DNA of 64,000 nt from assembly GCA_002269645.1 (NCBI GenBank), contig NIVC01000184.1:1-64000 (forward strand), written 5' to 3'. Made by a program: the position numbers and the translations under genes. Below, piece after piece: positions 24,109-38,164 of the stretch. The notes below the pieces were generated by a model. That model made no database searches, was not told the DNA's origin, and was given only the letters and a program-made list of their open reading frames with translations. Position 1 is the stretch's first letter; each line of letters begins with the position of its first letter. The DNA comes from Macrostomum lignano (taxonomy: Eukaryota).

Positions 24109-25304
24109 TCACACCTCTTCGGTTATATCTGACGTTTCTCTTCGCGTGTTACCAATTCTAACGCTTGCAAGAGGTACCAAATCAGCAGCTTCATGAGCCT
24201 CAGCAGGCATCTCTGGGACAGCTGCTCTTCCATCAGTATCTGGAGTCCGGTTCCGCCCTCGATCAGCCGATCTGCCTCTCAGCCAACACGGTAGTCGACG
24301 TCTTATGACGCGCTTAAACTCCCGGTTGCTCAGGTAGTACACAAGGATGTTGAAGGTGGAGTCAACGCAGGTTAGCAGGTTGGTTGTGTAGCCAAGCAGG
24401 TGCAGTCGAGTCCTCATTGGGTCGATCACTTTCAGTAGAGTCGGTATCTCACACGTGAGAAACACAGCGCACAGTACAATAACCAGCCTAGTGCCAGACT
24501 GATGCCTGTGCCGACCTTCGAAACCTTCGCCGCGTTCGCGGCAGTTTCGATCGCGGCTCTGCATCGACTTGCGCGACCGTCTCTGTCTGTAGAGAATATG
24601 GCACAGGCAGATGCTAAACACTAGGAGCAGCATCACCGGCCAACATTCTGAGCCAGGAAGAGAATAAGTCCCAGGTAGAGTATCCGATAGAGCTGCGTGT
24701 CACTCAGGTTGCTGTCAATATGAGTCACCTGTTTCTCAAACGAGCAAACCACTATGCTGAACTCCAGGCTGCGAGGCAGGGCAACCATTAGGCAGACAGC
24801 TACCAGGCAGCAACTTTTCAAACGCAGATGACCAGAAAAAAGGCAGGAGCGAACGCTCGGGACAGATGCAGAGCAGTATCGATAGTAGCTGATAATGACA
24901 ACCATCCAGTTGCGAATCAGGTGACAGGCCGTCAGCAGCACGATTGACACCACAATGCTGGCCGCGACTATCCGAGCTTCTAGAAGAGTTCTCATTTCCA
25001 GGCGGTTGGTCTCCATCAGAAGGAAAAGCAACTGATGCGAGGCGAACATCAGCTGAAAAAGGACCTCCGCAACGGATAGATACATGAGGATGCGGTTGAA
25101 CTGATTGTTCGGCTTCATCCAACGAAACACTGAACAGCACAGGCTGTTCAACACGCAGTTGAGCATTGGTAAGCAGATCATGAATATCTTGTAGGCCTTC
25201 AAACCAAACAGGTCGTTCAGGTGTGACGTATTCGATCTGGTGGCATTTTCGCACTCGTGCGACGAGTTTGACAGTAGAATGATGCGCTTCGTAGCGGCAA
25301 GCAT
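24109..25304 (-). CDS. Class A orphan GPCR, paralogue of 17548-18861; about 398 aa after correcting a 1-nt frameshift at 24638-24639
   Basis: ATG at 25304 (MLAATKR..). RNWMVVIISYYRY, ALPR, LVIVLCAVFLTCEIP, DSTFNILVYYLSNREFK. The two track ORFs join as ...AQNVG[P]VMLLLVFS if one C is restored. Confidence 0.88.
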
Positions 25305-26214
25305 GAGTTTAGGATGTCGAGTAAGGTATGGCAGAATCAATGAGTCCAAAGGCAAATCTCTTAGGAAATAATGTATTATTATATTGAGAAGCGCGGAGCA
25401 CGTCTCTTCGAAACTCTTTTTCCCAATCGAAATAAATCAAATTGGAGAAGTACCGAATTAAGGCTTAGGAGAGCTGATATCAAATGTTAGCCAAGACCGT
25501 CCCTGTTTGCTTCTCCAGCTCTTGTTTTTAGCCCCGCCCAGTTTTCCTTGGGGCTTTTGCCAATTCTTTCCACGAAACGAATCAAAGCCGGATGGAGAGG
25601 CAGGAAATTTGCCTAAGCAAAGCCAATGAGAGGGCGCGCTCAGCGGGGATCTGGCCGGGTCTGTATGGATGGGATGGTGAAGCATGACTTGCCCCCATCA
25701 TCGGTCTGCCGCTCTCTCCACTGCTTCAGCACTGTTGGCTTTGCTATTTACCATCTCTATAGAGTCCTGACAATGAGAGATGTAGAAGGACATGGCAACA
25801 AGCAAAAAGTAGAGCCCATATTTTTTATATTAGCGAAGTGCTATGAAATGATTTTCTTTTAAGTTAGAAAACTGAGTTGCTTGAAAGAAAAACTGAAAGT
25901 GCTCAAGAAGCAACAGATACCAGTAAGACGTTAATATGTTATTACATCAGGTTGTCACTTATGATACAGAAGGTAGATAACGAAATGATCGTAATATTTT
26001 AATCTGAAAGCGCTTGATTTTTTTGTAATTGCGTGCAAAATAAGCATGGCTGTTGGGTTCACAGATACGAGCGTACATCTTACTGGAGAAAAGTCTCTTG
26101 GACTTATTGGTTTCGCCATGCCAAGCATGCTTGGAGCCAACGCATACAGAATCTTGTAATATCATATCATGCAATATACTGAAGGAAGCCTGCCTATCCG
26201 CACTTACCTATACC

Positions 26215-26945
<731 letters not shown>

Positions 26946-27689
26946 ATGTATCTATCCTTGGGCTTAGGAATGAGTGGTCAAAATATGATAACCAATAGCT
27001 TCGTCGTTTTAATTCAGTTGACGAAATTTTATTGAACCAAATAATCCATCAGTGAAAGTACAGTCCAAGCTGCGCGAGGAGCTGCTAGCTCCTGATCAGT
27101 TCCCCAAGGGAGATAAATGTCGAGGCAATGAAGCGTGCCCCGGGCCAAAAACACACCCCAATGCAGCCGACTTTGTTCTAGCGGTTTGCCTTTTCAATTT
27201 TGCCTTAATGCAGAAAGCGCTTATATAGTGGTGGCCATACTCGTACGAGGAGTGAAAGAGTGACTTCAAGAGAGCAGCGTAGATCGCGGATGCGCTTTAC
27301 GGTGCAAGGGAAGAGAGTGTAAAACGGAGATAGCTAGGGGTCACCGGATCTTTTCTGGCTATGCATATCTCGCTTACTTTCTATCAGAGCTATATATATA
27401 TATATGAACATACAGAGGAAGACTGAGGGAGTAAGGGGCTAGACCTACTTGTTATCCCTTCAAACAAGTGCGCGGCCGAGGAACTTCGGGCACGAGGCAA
27501 ATTTTTATTGGTGCTTCGGCTGGAAGCACTTCACGACTATAGTAAGTCAGGAAGTTGTAACTATGCCTCTCACTGCCTTGGCCTGCACATGCTTAGGGTA
27601 TCAGGTATCCTGTCCTATCCTTGTACCATTTTTTTATGGCTGGGATCACTTTTTGTACAGATTTAGTTTGCCGGGAGGACTGTTGGTGC

Positions 27690-28269
27690 CAGGGGCGTCG
27701 CCATGGATTTTATGGTGGGGGGGGGACAAAGCCAAGAATTCACCATGTACATGTACATAACTAAATTTCTAAATTTCCATTATTTTGAGAATCGTGTTGT
27801 CAGCGCTCATTTTAGCGCCGCAGGCACTCATTTTAGCGCCGCAGGCACTCATTTTAGCGCCGCAGGTACTCATGTTAGCGCCGCAGGCACTCATGTTAGC
27901 GCCGAAGGCACTCATTTTAGCTCAGAAGGCACTCATTTTAGCGCCGAAGGCACTCATTTTAGCGCCGCAGGTACTCATTTTAGCTCAGAAGGCACTCATT
28001 TTAGCGCCGCAGGCACTCATTTTAGCGCCGCAGGTACTCATTTTAGCGCTGCAGGCACTCATTTTAGCGCCGCAGGCACTCATTTTAGCGCCGCAGGCAC
28101 TCATTTAGCGCAGAAGGCGCTGTATTTTGCCGCCCTGAAAAAAATTATTGATTACCACAACGAGACACAAGATGGGGTGGGGGGACAAAGTATTGGCATG
28201 TCCCCCCCATAACTTTTACTGGGGTAGGGGACATTTCCCCCCTGTCTCCCCCCGGTGGCGACGCGCCTA
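27690..28269 (+). mobile_element. Non-autonomous hAT-type element (MITE) with an internal 21-bp array of about 15 copies
   Basis: 14-bp TIRs CAGGGGCGTCGCCA / TGGCGACGCGCCTA (12/14 match). 8-bp TSD gttggtgc (27682-89) and gttggcgc (28270-77). Internal unit gcgccgcaggcactcatttta. Confidence 0.85.
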
Positions 28270-28279
28270 GTTGGCGCGT

Positions 28280-28600
28280 TGCAAGCCGAAATTCCGGCTA
28301 GTTGCTATCGTGCGGCAAAGTCGTCCGCAGCGGGGTCCCCCTTCGGATAGGTGAGCCTGTCCTAAGTAAAGGCTAGGCATTCACAGATAACGTTCTTTGC
28401 ATTCTCAACACCGGAGAGGCAGAATGGGCAATCCTCTATGCGGATTTTCTTTCGGGGTTCCACCTTAGAGACACCCTTGTTAGAGCCGTCTAAGCAGTTG
28501 TGATGCCTGATGCAGCAGACACTTTCATATATGCATAGCCGCTTGACTGTCAGAGTGGAGGATGATCCCACAGACCAGGACCAGTCGGACCCTTAGCTAG
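28280..28600 (-). mobile_element. LINE 3'-end remnant, copy 3
   Basis: RIEDCPFCLSGVENAKNVICECLAFT*DRLTYP; same motif as copy 1 with the CPFC intact. Confidence 0.7.
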
Positions 28601-29614
28601 CTGGGATTCAATTAATTAAGAACTCTGAGCACCCGTATGCTCAGAGCCAGATCAATTCTCCGTAAAGTACAATGTAACTGAAATTATCTGAGACATCAAA
28701 CGGTCTGCTTGCCAGCCGTCCTGTCTATTAATTTGAGTTACACGTTTCTCTAATTAGGAATGCCTTTAAAAGCAAAAATTCTACATTCCCATTGCCCTTG
28801 TAGAACGCTTTTTGAACTCTGGAGTGTGTTTGAGTATGCCCAGAGCATTTCGCCGTGTCACTCGCATCCGTCTTGAAGAAGGAAATTTCTGTTGCAAAGT
28901 GACCTTTATTACTTCTTCAAAAAATGTTACAAGCCAGCTGAAGCAGCGTGAGCTTGATCAAAATTAATTCTTGAAGATTTTTGAATATTTTATATTCTAA
29001 GACGGTGTGCGTGTCATGAAAGCGCTTGATTTTACGACTCAGAGTCATGGACAACTGAAGTAAGACATTGGGTTTTCTTAGAAATGAGCTAGACCCCGGT
29101 AGAGAACTTTTATTTGTCGTATGGCTAGTGTATATTTGGATAATTCTTGCAAGAAAGGAAGCTTTCACGTGTCATCCACGTATATTGTTGGTCTAAGGTT
29201 AAATCAAAGATTTACCCGACCGAAAATTTATTGAAGATTCAAGATTGGCAATACATAAAAATACAGTCTGCCTTTTTTACATTGCGTTATTGAATAGAGT
29301 TTGCCATAGACAAACTTGGTCGATAGATAAAATGCTTGCAAGTCTAGAAAACCTATTTACAACTAGCAATCAGCGTCCCAACAATCTCAGACATGTCGGC
29401 AATTCTCCCTAAAACGCTTCTATTATGTTTGAAATGACGTCTTTTTATTTTTTACATGACGCTTTTTATGTTTTACGTGAAGCTTCGACACGTGTATACC
29501 GTCACGGGAGTATTTCCGATCGAAGGGTGCAAAAGGTTTGAATTTGATGAGAATCTGATGAGCCATATTTTTTTTCTATACTGAAAATGGTCTGTCGGTA
29601 CTCGGTAGGTGTGT

Positions 29615-29760
29615 GGGTATGTGATCGATTTTAGCAAAAACGGCTCAACCGATTTTCTTCGAACTTGCACTGTTCGATCAGAATTTTTTCAGTGAATGTA
29701 CATGCATCGTGGCTAAGAAATTGCTCGATGCTAAAGGGCTTTTTTGCAAAGGTCAAGCAG
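29615..29760 (+). repeat. Dispersed repeat copy B (CpG-retaining homologue of 1985-2155)
   Basis: By-eye alignment with copy A. Confidence 0.6.
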
Positions 29761-30342
29761 CTCTTTCGATTTGAATTTTTTTTTCTAAAATCGATCATAC
29801 CTATGATACCTATAGAGATGGACGAACCATTTTTAGTATAGTGGATACCCACAGTAAAGCAGTAGGTATCTTTTTTTTACAGTCACGAAGAAATCTACGC
29901 ACAGCACAGTGCGTGAGAGCGGTTTGCTTGTTCGCAGGTGTTACGAAGAAATTCAAGTACACTAGCAAAGGCATCAAATTGTGTACGAGTTATTCAGCAG
30001 CAGTGGCATCAGCCATGCGGCCGGGTTTTGCGCATCTCTTGAGCCGCTGCACCTGCTTGTCTGCATCATTTCGGCAATGACGCAAGAAGCTTGATACAAT
30101 AATTTTAGCTCAAAAACAGCTAGGAGCCCCCAATTCAATCAGCAGATGTTTTTGCACATCAATTGCCACTCTTGAAAGAATGAATAAAATGAACCAAAAT
30201 ACATGTAAAACGGAGCATCAAAAAACTTTTTTATTGCTAACTTTATCGTCTTTTGATGGAGCACATGTTTTTGGCTATTCGAAGATTGAAAATTGTACAA
30301 ATTCGTTTCATGCAGTGAAGCTTTGTTTGTTAAAATGGATAG

Positions 30343-30632
30343 TAATGATTGATTACACCTGCCCTTAATGGGCCAGATGTGCAACCGACAGCTCAGCTGC
30401 AGCTATTGCGCGGCGCATCTGAAGGCTGCGTACGGCTGTTCAGTCCAAGGACTGGGGGTCGCCACACACAGCCTCAATTACCCCAGCTAATGCTGGCACC
30501 CATTTTACAGCTGGCTGAACTGAAGCAATGCAGAGTTAAGTGTCTTGCTCAAGGACACAAATTATTCTGAGTGGTCGAGAATCGAACCCCCGACTTTTCA
30601 GTCGTGAGTCGACGCTGTAACCACATAAGCTT
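30343..30632 (-). mobile_element. CORE-like tRNA-SINE, copy 2 (most complete)
   Basis: The reverse complement has B box ggttcgattctc, gtgtccttgagcaagacacttaac, ccagctgtaaaatgggtgccagc and the tail gcaggtgtaatc. Confidence 0.85.
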
Positions 30633-31109
30633 CAATCCCTATGGATCCCTACTATAGATATTATATACCTAGTACTGTATACTACAGTATATTCCCAATT
30701 GAATGGGAAGTTATATATGGGAAAAAATCGAGCAGTTGTTTTTCTACACTCAATATCGCACGAGTGCCCACAACAGGCATTCACACTCGCACATTTGCAA
30801 GCTGCGCGTAGAATCCGGAAGTGGCTTATATAAATCAACTCTGTCGCAGACCTGGCAGCCTTCTTTTTCTGTCAGTTAATTTGTTTTAGTTAAAAGTGCA
30901 ACTTTAGCCTTCTGTCCCCACAGTGTATAACCAGTAGTTAAACTGCAGCTCACTGATCGCTCAGCTGTTTTTGCCGAGCGTTAAGTTTGGCTCTCACGCG
31001 TTGGCTCTTCCGGGAAATTTTACAGCATGTGGCTTTTCAGTTATTGATAAATAATTGCAATATCATCAACAGAACTCTTGACTCGCATTTATTATAACTT
31101 AGCTAGATT

Positions 31110-31368
31110 TTTAGCCTCCGCATAGCTACAGAGACTGAAGGGTTGGGGGTTCGCACTCGGAAGAATTTTTGTACTTGAGCAAGAGTTCACCCAGCTGCAA
31201 AATGTGTGCCAGCATTAGCTAGGGTACTTGAGGATTTGTGTACGTCGACCCCCCAGTCCTTGGACTGAAAGCCCATACGCAGCCTTCAGATGCGCCGCGC
31301 AATAGCTGCGGCTGACGAGCTGTCGGTTACACATCTGTCCGTGGGCAGGTGTAATCAATTATTATTAG
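31110..31368 (+). mobile_element. CORE-like tRNA-SINE, copy 3 (internal deletions), head-to-head with copy 2
   Basis: gttcacccagctgcaaaatgtgtgccagcattagct...ccagtccttggactgaa...gcaggtgtaatcaatttattatt. Confidence 0.8.
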
Positions 31369-33849
31369 TACTTTAGCCACTGAGTTGTCTTTTGCATCTT
31401 CCGATGTCGCTCGTCTGTCCACGATTCCGAAGCCCAAACGCGATGTCGATAGACGCCGATCATGCAATTGATGTGCGTCGCTGATATATAGTTATGTTTG
31501 GATTACGCCGATGGCCGGATAACGATCGAAGTCGTAAGTCGGCTTAATGTCGTTACAATAAAAATTAGCTCATTTTCCAGCGACGCCCGTGCATAGACGT
31601 CGAAAACGTCGGATTGCTGTATGTGGGGCAGAAGTACATGTGCATGCAGGCTAGCTTGTTCAAATCGATTGGTTTAATGTTTCCCGATGTGACATGTACA
31701 TGTTTACATGTCTATGTATTCACGTTTGATATGCTGCCCGCAGTTTTTTTAATGTTCCTTAACATAATCAAACATTAGTCTGCGTTGATAAAACATTTTT
31801 AATTCATGCACATATAAAAATGCTAATTGACTAAAAAATTGAATTTTTCGTTGTATACTATTATAAACAGCATAGCAAATTAAAACATTTGATTGTCACT
31901 ATTTGAAAGCCGACTATTTTACTATTTGATCGACGTACAGTTCAATCAATTGCATGTCGTCAAATGAAACACGACCGATTTATACGACCTATAGCGCTAC
32001 TAGCTGCTTTGTAGATGTGTAGCGCATAATACATGTAAATGTAATTTTCACAACAGGTGAAAGTTTTTAGGCTAGATCGAAGTCCTTGCAAGCTTAGGCT
32101 AAAACAAAGGACCACCAACTCTACACGTAGCTGAGATATTCGTGAGAATTTGCCTTTTCAATGGCTGCGCTACTTTAAAATCATAAGAGCTGTTAGAGTA
32201 AAAATTTATTTGTATTCTTAGGTTGAAATGTGCAGAATATCAACTACATGCCTACAAATTATAAGATACAACATGGACATGCAGTGTATGTAGTGTACGC
32301 GAACGTACATGTACATGATAAGTATAAATTTACATGAATCTATAAAAATTCACATATGAATAAAGCAGATCCTTTTTCATAGCTGTAATAGGGTAATGCT
32401 AGGGGATGAAGATGTGAGAATTTGTCATTTAGCTATATGGTTACGCTTTGCCTTGAGCGTGCGTGACTGAATATTTGAATTAAAAAAATTCTAAATGAAG
32501 ATCAGCTAGGCTTTAAAAGAACGTGTATGGCGAGAGTATTAAGTAAAAATAATCTGAAAATAAAGTTACAGTAGTTGTGCAGAATATAAAGTTAAAATTA
32601 TGATACTATTTGTTTAGCTATTAAACGTTTCTTAGAATCGTTAATTTAAGTGGCGCTAATTTGACTGATTATTTTAATCATCGCGGACTTAATTTGTCGT
32701 ACATGTCAGCAAACATTTTAATCCTTGACCGCAAAGTTGGAAATTCTCGATAAAAAAGTAATTAAAATATTTATCAGTTAATAATATTAATAAAATCATT
32801 TCTTTTTTTCCAAACTTTCTAAGAAAAACAGGCATAAAATTTAGTCTTTAGTAGTGTTATGTTGAAGCTTTAACTTATTAATCTAGGAATATAAAGCCTA
32901 AATTTTCATAGTTGTAATAATATTTGACTGAAAGAATTATCATTTATCAGATTTATTCAAGCTTCGTCATCATGAAATAATGCTCCTTACAAAATTTGTT
33001 TTAAATTTAAAATAGCTAATATTTATATTTTGTCTTCTAGTATATAATTAAACAAGAAATTACGCCTTAAACTCAGCGACTGTTTTTCTACCAGCGTATT
33101 GATGAACTTAATGTTTTTTATATTTTTCAGTCTGACCTCCTCTGTTTGCATATATGTAAATAGCAAATGTAAATAAAATCTACATTGTAATAAAACATAT
33201 ACTTTATATATTTTGAGAAAAAATACATCAACTTTTTCTTAATTTCATTTCAGATTTTACCATATGTGTCAAGATATTAATTATTATAAGATAAAACCCT
33301 TAAATTTTTTTATAGTTGGCGTATGTTTCTTTTCCTTTATCTAACTATTGCTAACTACATTGTTAACTATTCTAGCATTAAGGTTTTAAGTTAGCTAGTA
33401 TCTGAAAAACAAAATCTTTATAGTCATTTTTTTATTTGAAGAAACTGTTTTTGAACCCACTATTTACTCCTATTATGAGACTAAATAATATTTGTTTACT
33501 TTTAAGCTTTATTAATATCTATTTGTCTAAATAGTGTCATATATCTATTTATAACAAATATTTCTAGCATGTGTTGTTAAGTGGCTTCATTTTTATAAAC
33601 AGTGTCTAATATGTCTCAAATCTTTGTTTAACCATAATCATTGAATATTTTTTAATGGCAACATTGTCCAAATGTGGCTTTACCAAGTTTGAGATAGCAA
33701 AGAGCTATTTTATGTCGTGAAAAAATATAGGTCAATTTTCTCTATACCTACGGTATTTATCAGTTGCGTTTTTGTTCAAATTGAAAGTGCACCACTAGTT
33801 TTTTTGTGATGATTTCTTAGAAAAAGGAGAGGATATGACATTATGCAGA

Positions 33850-34918
33850 GATTTGGCAGGAACCGAAAAGATTTCAGCAAACAAACGTCAAGTCAGACGA
33901 GAGAGAGAGAGAGAGAGAGAGAGCCAGCCAGAGACAGCTTGGTAGAAAGAGACTGGAATGCAATTTACTTCCCAGAGCCTATTGGACTAGTATTTCAGAT
34001 TCTGGGAAAGTGAAAATAGAAAGAGGGAATCTAAGAGAATCTCCGGCGCAGTTGGAAGGTTAAGGAAAACAGCAGGGGGCGGGAGGACGCGAACTCCTCC
34101 TGCTGCCAAGTTCCTTGCTTGGCACTTGGCCGCCCGGGCTTCTTGGCTGCTGCCCGCGCTGACTTGGGTTGCTATTGGCTGTTTCAAAAAGACCGAATGC
34201 GCACATTAGTTTTTTCTTCTCCTGCCAAGAAATAGCCAAGACTTAAAGAAAGAGGGAGAGAGAGAGAGGTGGGGTCGAGGCAAATGGGAATACGTGGCTC
34301 CTGCTACACGCGCAGTTTGATCAGGCGTGCCTCGGTACACTCACTGTCTCCACCATTGCGGCACGGCAACTGCTGACTGGAGACTCTTGTATCTGGGGCT
34401 GGTCACTTGGTAATCTTGGAGACAAGACTGCGGCTCTCGTCTCCCGCCAGTTCTTGCACACAACTCTCTCCCCTTGTGTGTGTGTGTGTTTGAAGGGGAT
34501 ATGCCAAGGGTGCTAGCCGTCATCTTTTTTTGGGTTGGGGAAGAATTTCCTCTGAGGAAAGGAAGCGATATAGACTGACTGACTGAGAGGGAGGGGAGGG
34601 ACGAAGGGAAAGCGTGTTGGTTTTGGGGTTTTGGTGGGTTGGCTGGGCCGGTCGGGATGGGGTTTGTCAGTTCTCCCTCTCTCTCCCCCTCTCTCTCTCT
34701 CTCATATTTTTTCCTCGCCGCCTACCCTTTGGAAATCCCCTGAAGCCGCCTTTGGTTTTTCGCTGCCATTCGCCGTTGCTCGTCTTTCGGCTCGGTCGTC
34801 TCTGTCGGCCCAACCCCGCCTCCCCACTCTCTCCCTCCCTCACCAACCCCGCAACCGGCTCGTTGGGATTTTCCCGGCCGTTCCCTCACAGGAGTAAAGA
34901 GACAAGAGCAGAGAGAAA
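33850..34918 (+). promoter_or_regulatory. Putative promoter and non-coding first exon of the FERM gene
   Basis: GC/CpG-rich island with (GA)n tracts after AT-rich DNA. Strong donor AAA|gtaagt at 34919 and acceptor ctgtcag| at 35112 upstream of ATG 35221. TSS not determined. Confidence 0.45.
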
Positions 34919-35220
34919 GTAAGTACCAGCTACTAAGCCTTTTGTATGCTTTTAAATAGAAAACCTACTATCAGGTTCTGCTAATAATTAATTGGCTAAT
35001 TAAGAAGCAATACGAAATTAATTTCAGCTGCCAGTGAAACTGTCAAAATAATAAATATAAGAAACTTCAATAAGAAGCATTCGGTGGCTTACCCACCTTG
35101 TCAAGCTGTCAGGCATGACCTGCTAGAAGCCCTCACGAGACCAGACCGAACTACGGACTGCAGGGTCTTCCGAATATACAGCAATCTGAGTCTGACAGAA
35201 AACTGTCGAGCATTTTGAAA

Positions 35221-35346
35221 ATGTCGGAGAGTCGTAAAACTCCGCCAACTTCGCCGAGACGCGGCGGAGGCGGCAGCGGCGGCGGGAAGACACTCACCGT
35301 CAAAGTGGTGATGCTGGATGACACCGTGAATTCGTTTCAAGTTCCG
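35221..35346 (+). CDS. FARP: FERM-domain protein, FARP/Cdep-like, coding exon 1
   Basis: MSESRKTPPTSPRRGGGGSGGGKTLTVKVVMLDDTVNSFQVP|gtaaga; compare FARP1 IKIQMLDDTQEAFEVP as recalled. Confidence 0.85.
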
Positions 35347-35479
35347 GTAAGACTTGATGCTTCTCAATTTTCATTTTTTTGGTTCTAGAATCTATTTGGA
35401 ACTTGAAACTATTGACTCATTGATTAATTGTTTAAAAACGATGATTCAGGGACTGAACTCAAATAATTCAAAATCTTTA

Positions 35480-35985
35480 TTGAATGATTTCGAACCTGGA
35501 TTTGATGATTCAGGATCTGGATTTGATGATTCAGGATCTAGATTTGATGATCCAGGATCTGGATTGATGGTTCAGGATCTGCATTTGACGATTCAGGATC
35601 TGGATTGATGATTCAGGATCTAGATTTGACGATTCAGGATCTGGATTTGACTATTCAGGATCTGGATTTGACGATTCAGTATCTGGATTTGACGATTCAG
35701 GATCTGGATTTGACGATTCAGGATCTGGATTTGATTCTTCAGGATCTGGATTTGATGATTCAGGATCTGGATTTGACGATTCAGGATCTGGATTTGACGA
35801 TTCAGGATCTGGATTTGATGATTCAGGATCTGGATTTGATGATTTCGAATCTGGATTTGGTGATTTCGAATCTGGATTTGATGATTTCGAATCTGGATTT
35901 GATGATTTCGAATCTGGATTTGATGATTTCGAATCTGGATTTGGTGATTTCGAATCTGGATTTGGTGATTCAGGAATTGAACTCG
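35480..35985 (+). repeat. Intronic 21-bp minisatellite (ttcaggatctggatttgaYga), about 24 copies; variant tcgaatctgg in the 3' third
   Basis: Tandem units. Confidence 0.92.
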
Positions 35986-37227
35986 AAGATTCACTGTATT
36001 TGTTCAATGATTCACAATCTGAATTTGATGATTCACAATCCGGATTTGTTAATTCCAGTTTTGGATTTGATGAATCCGGATCTGAACTTAGGGATTAAGG
36101 CTATTAAATTGATTAATCAGGCTCCAGAATCTGTGCTTTGAGGACTAAATAAGTACATACGTTTGAAGTTCTGAATGATATTGCTTGAGTTCAAAATACA
36201 ACGATTCATTATCCGAATTCAGTGGCAAGATTGCGCAGTCTAAATAAGCTGTGCACCGCAAATTTACAAGGTTAGCAAATTTGTATTGCCCTATACTTGA
36301 GTAAATCGTATAAAAAAACATCAGTTCCTAGTGCTTAGCATCAGGTACTTGATGCATTTCTATATATGCATATATGACTGCATGCCCTATTCCTAATCCT
36401 ATCTTTAAGGAAGGAGAGAAAGGGGAGAGAGGGAGGCCCACTTTATAAGCCGAAGCAGCTCCTAAAGACGTCTTGTTGTGGCGGGAGGGCAGTTAGGAGG
36501 GGAGCGTCGACCATCGATTGATGTTGGTTAGTTGAGCTATCTTCTCTGCCTCAACTCCGAGGCCTGTAGACGCATTGGGTTGTTCCCCATCCTCTCTACT
36601 CCCTCTCCCCCTCTCTCTCTACTTTCTCTCCCCTCTCTCCAGTCGCTTTGGCCACTTTACTTTTCTGCTTAATTGAATTCTTTCCAGTTCAGTTCAGCCA
36701 GCGTTGGGCCAGGTTTTTTATATATGTATATATAGCTATGTCTTGTAGCTGGGGGACTGGAGCCGCTCACTTAGGCCTTTACTGTAGCAACTGCTAAGTC
36801 TAGGTAAGTCGTAAGGCCAACATTTTTATGCTTGCCAGGGGAGTTGAAGCCAGCTGAGGGGGGGGCGTTTAACCGATCTACTGAGGGGCTAAACATTTTT
36901 TTAGGATCAAAGATTCTTTGAAAGCTTGAGAATTGGCGCCATCGTTCCAGATTGATCGATTCGACAACTGGGTGGCGGGGGCTTATAGCTGGGCCTGTCT
37001 GTCCGGTTTCTGTCCGAGCGCATGCTCTTTTGTCAATATGTCTGTCTGCGTCTGACCGGCTGTGTGCTGTCCGGGCTTCCAGTTTCGATTCTGTCCAACC
37101 GCTGTAGGACCAGAGTTGCCACTTTGTCAATCAATATATTGTCGTTCGATCGATACCAATGCTTGGATTAGTCCTTTTGAGAGTGCTCTTCTGAACCTGT
37201 CAATCAATTCGTCAATCAATCAACCCA

Positions 37228-37645
<418 letters not shown>

Positions 37646-38164
37646 ATAAACGCATGCTATGACTACAAAGCAAGTGCCAATTCTCAGCCGCCTGTTCCAG
37701 ATCTCATTAGAATTTCTCTAGCTTTCTTCCTTCACCGATCCAAGCGCCCCAACCCCCTGATTTATGCCCGCCCTCCAGTCGAGAAGTCGCTGCAAGCTTG
37801 AATGTGTCACTAAATAATTGGCAGTTGTTAAGAGTAGAAAATGTCAGCCAATGTCACTAAGAGGAGCTTTCGGCTTCTGCAACTGCCGGAGAAGGACTTT
37901 TGCCGCATTCTTGGCATTTCTTGCTTCTATTGAAAGATTTCTGCCGTGTAGACACGAGTATATTTTACATAGTTATAAATGAATATTTTAGTGATGTATA
38001 TAATATTTATCTAAAAGTTTTACCGACACAACTGTTAATCATTCGTTAGGCACTTCGCCTACCACCTACACCCGTTCAAAATTTGGCGTATCGCATACTT
38101 GAATGAAGAAAATCAATATGGCATATAGTTTGATGCTGGCGCCCCTTGATGCCGGCGCCCCATA

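Noticed and set aside
29555-29586. CTGATGAG...GAAA hammerhead candidate
   Set aside because: The intervening sequence is a T-run with no stem II pairing.
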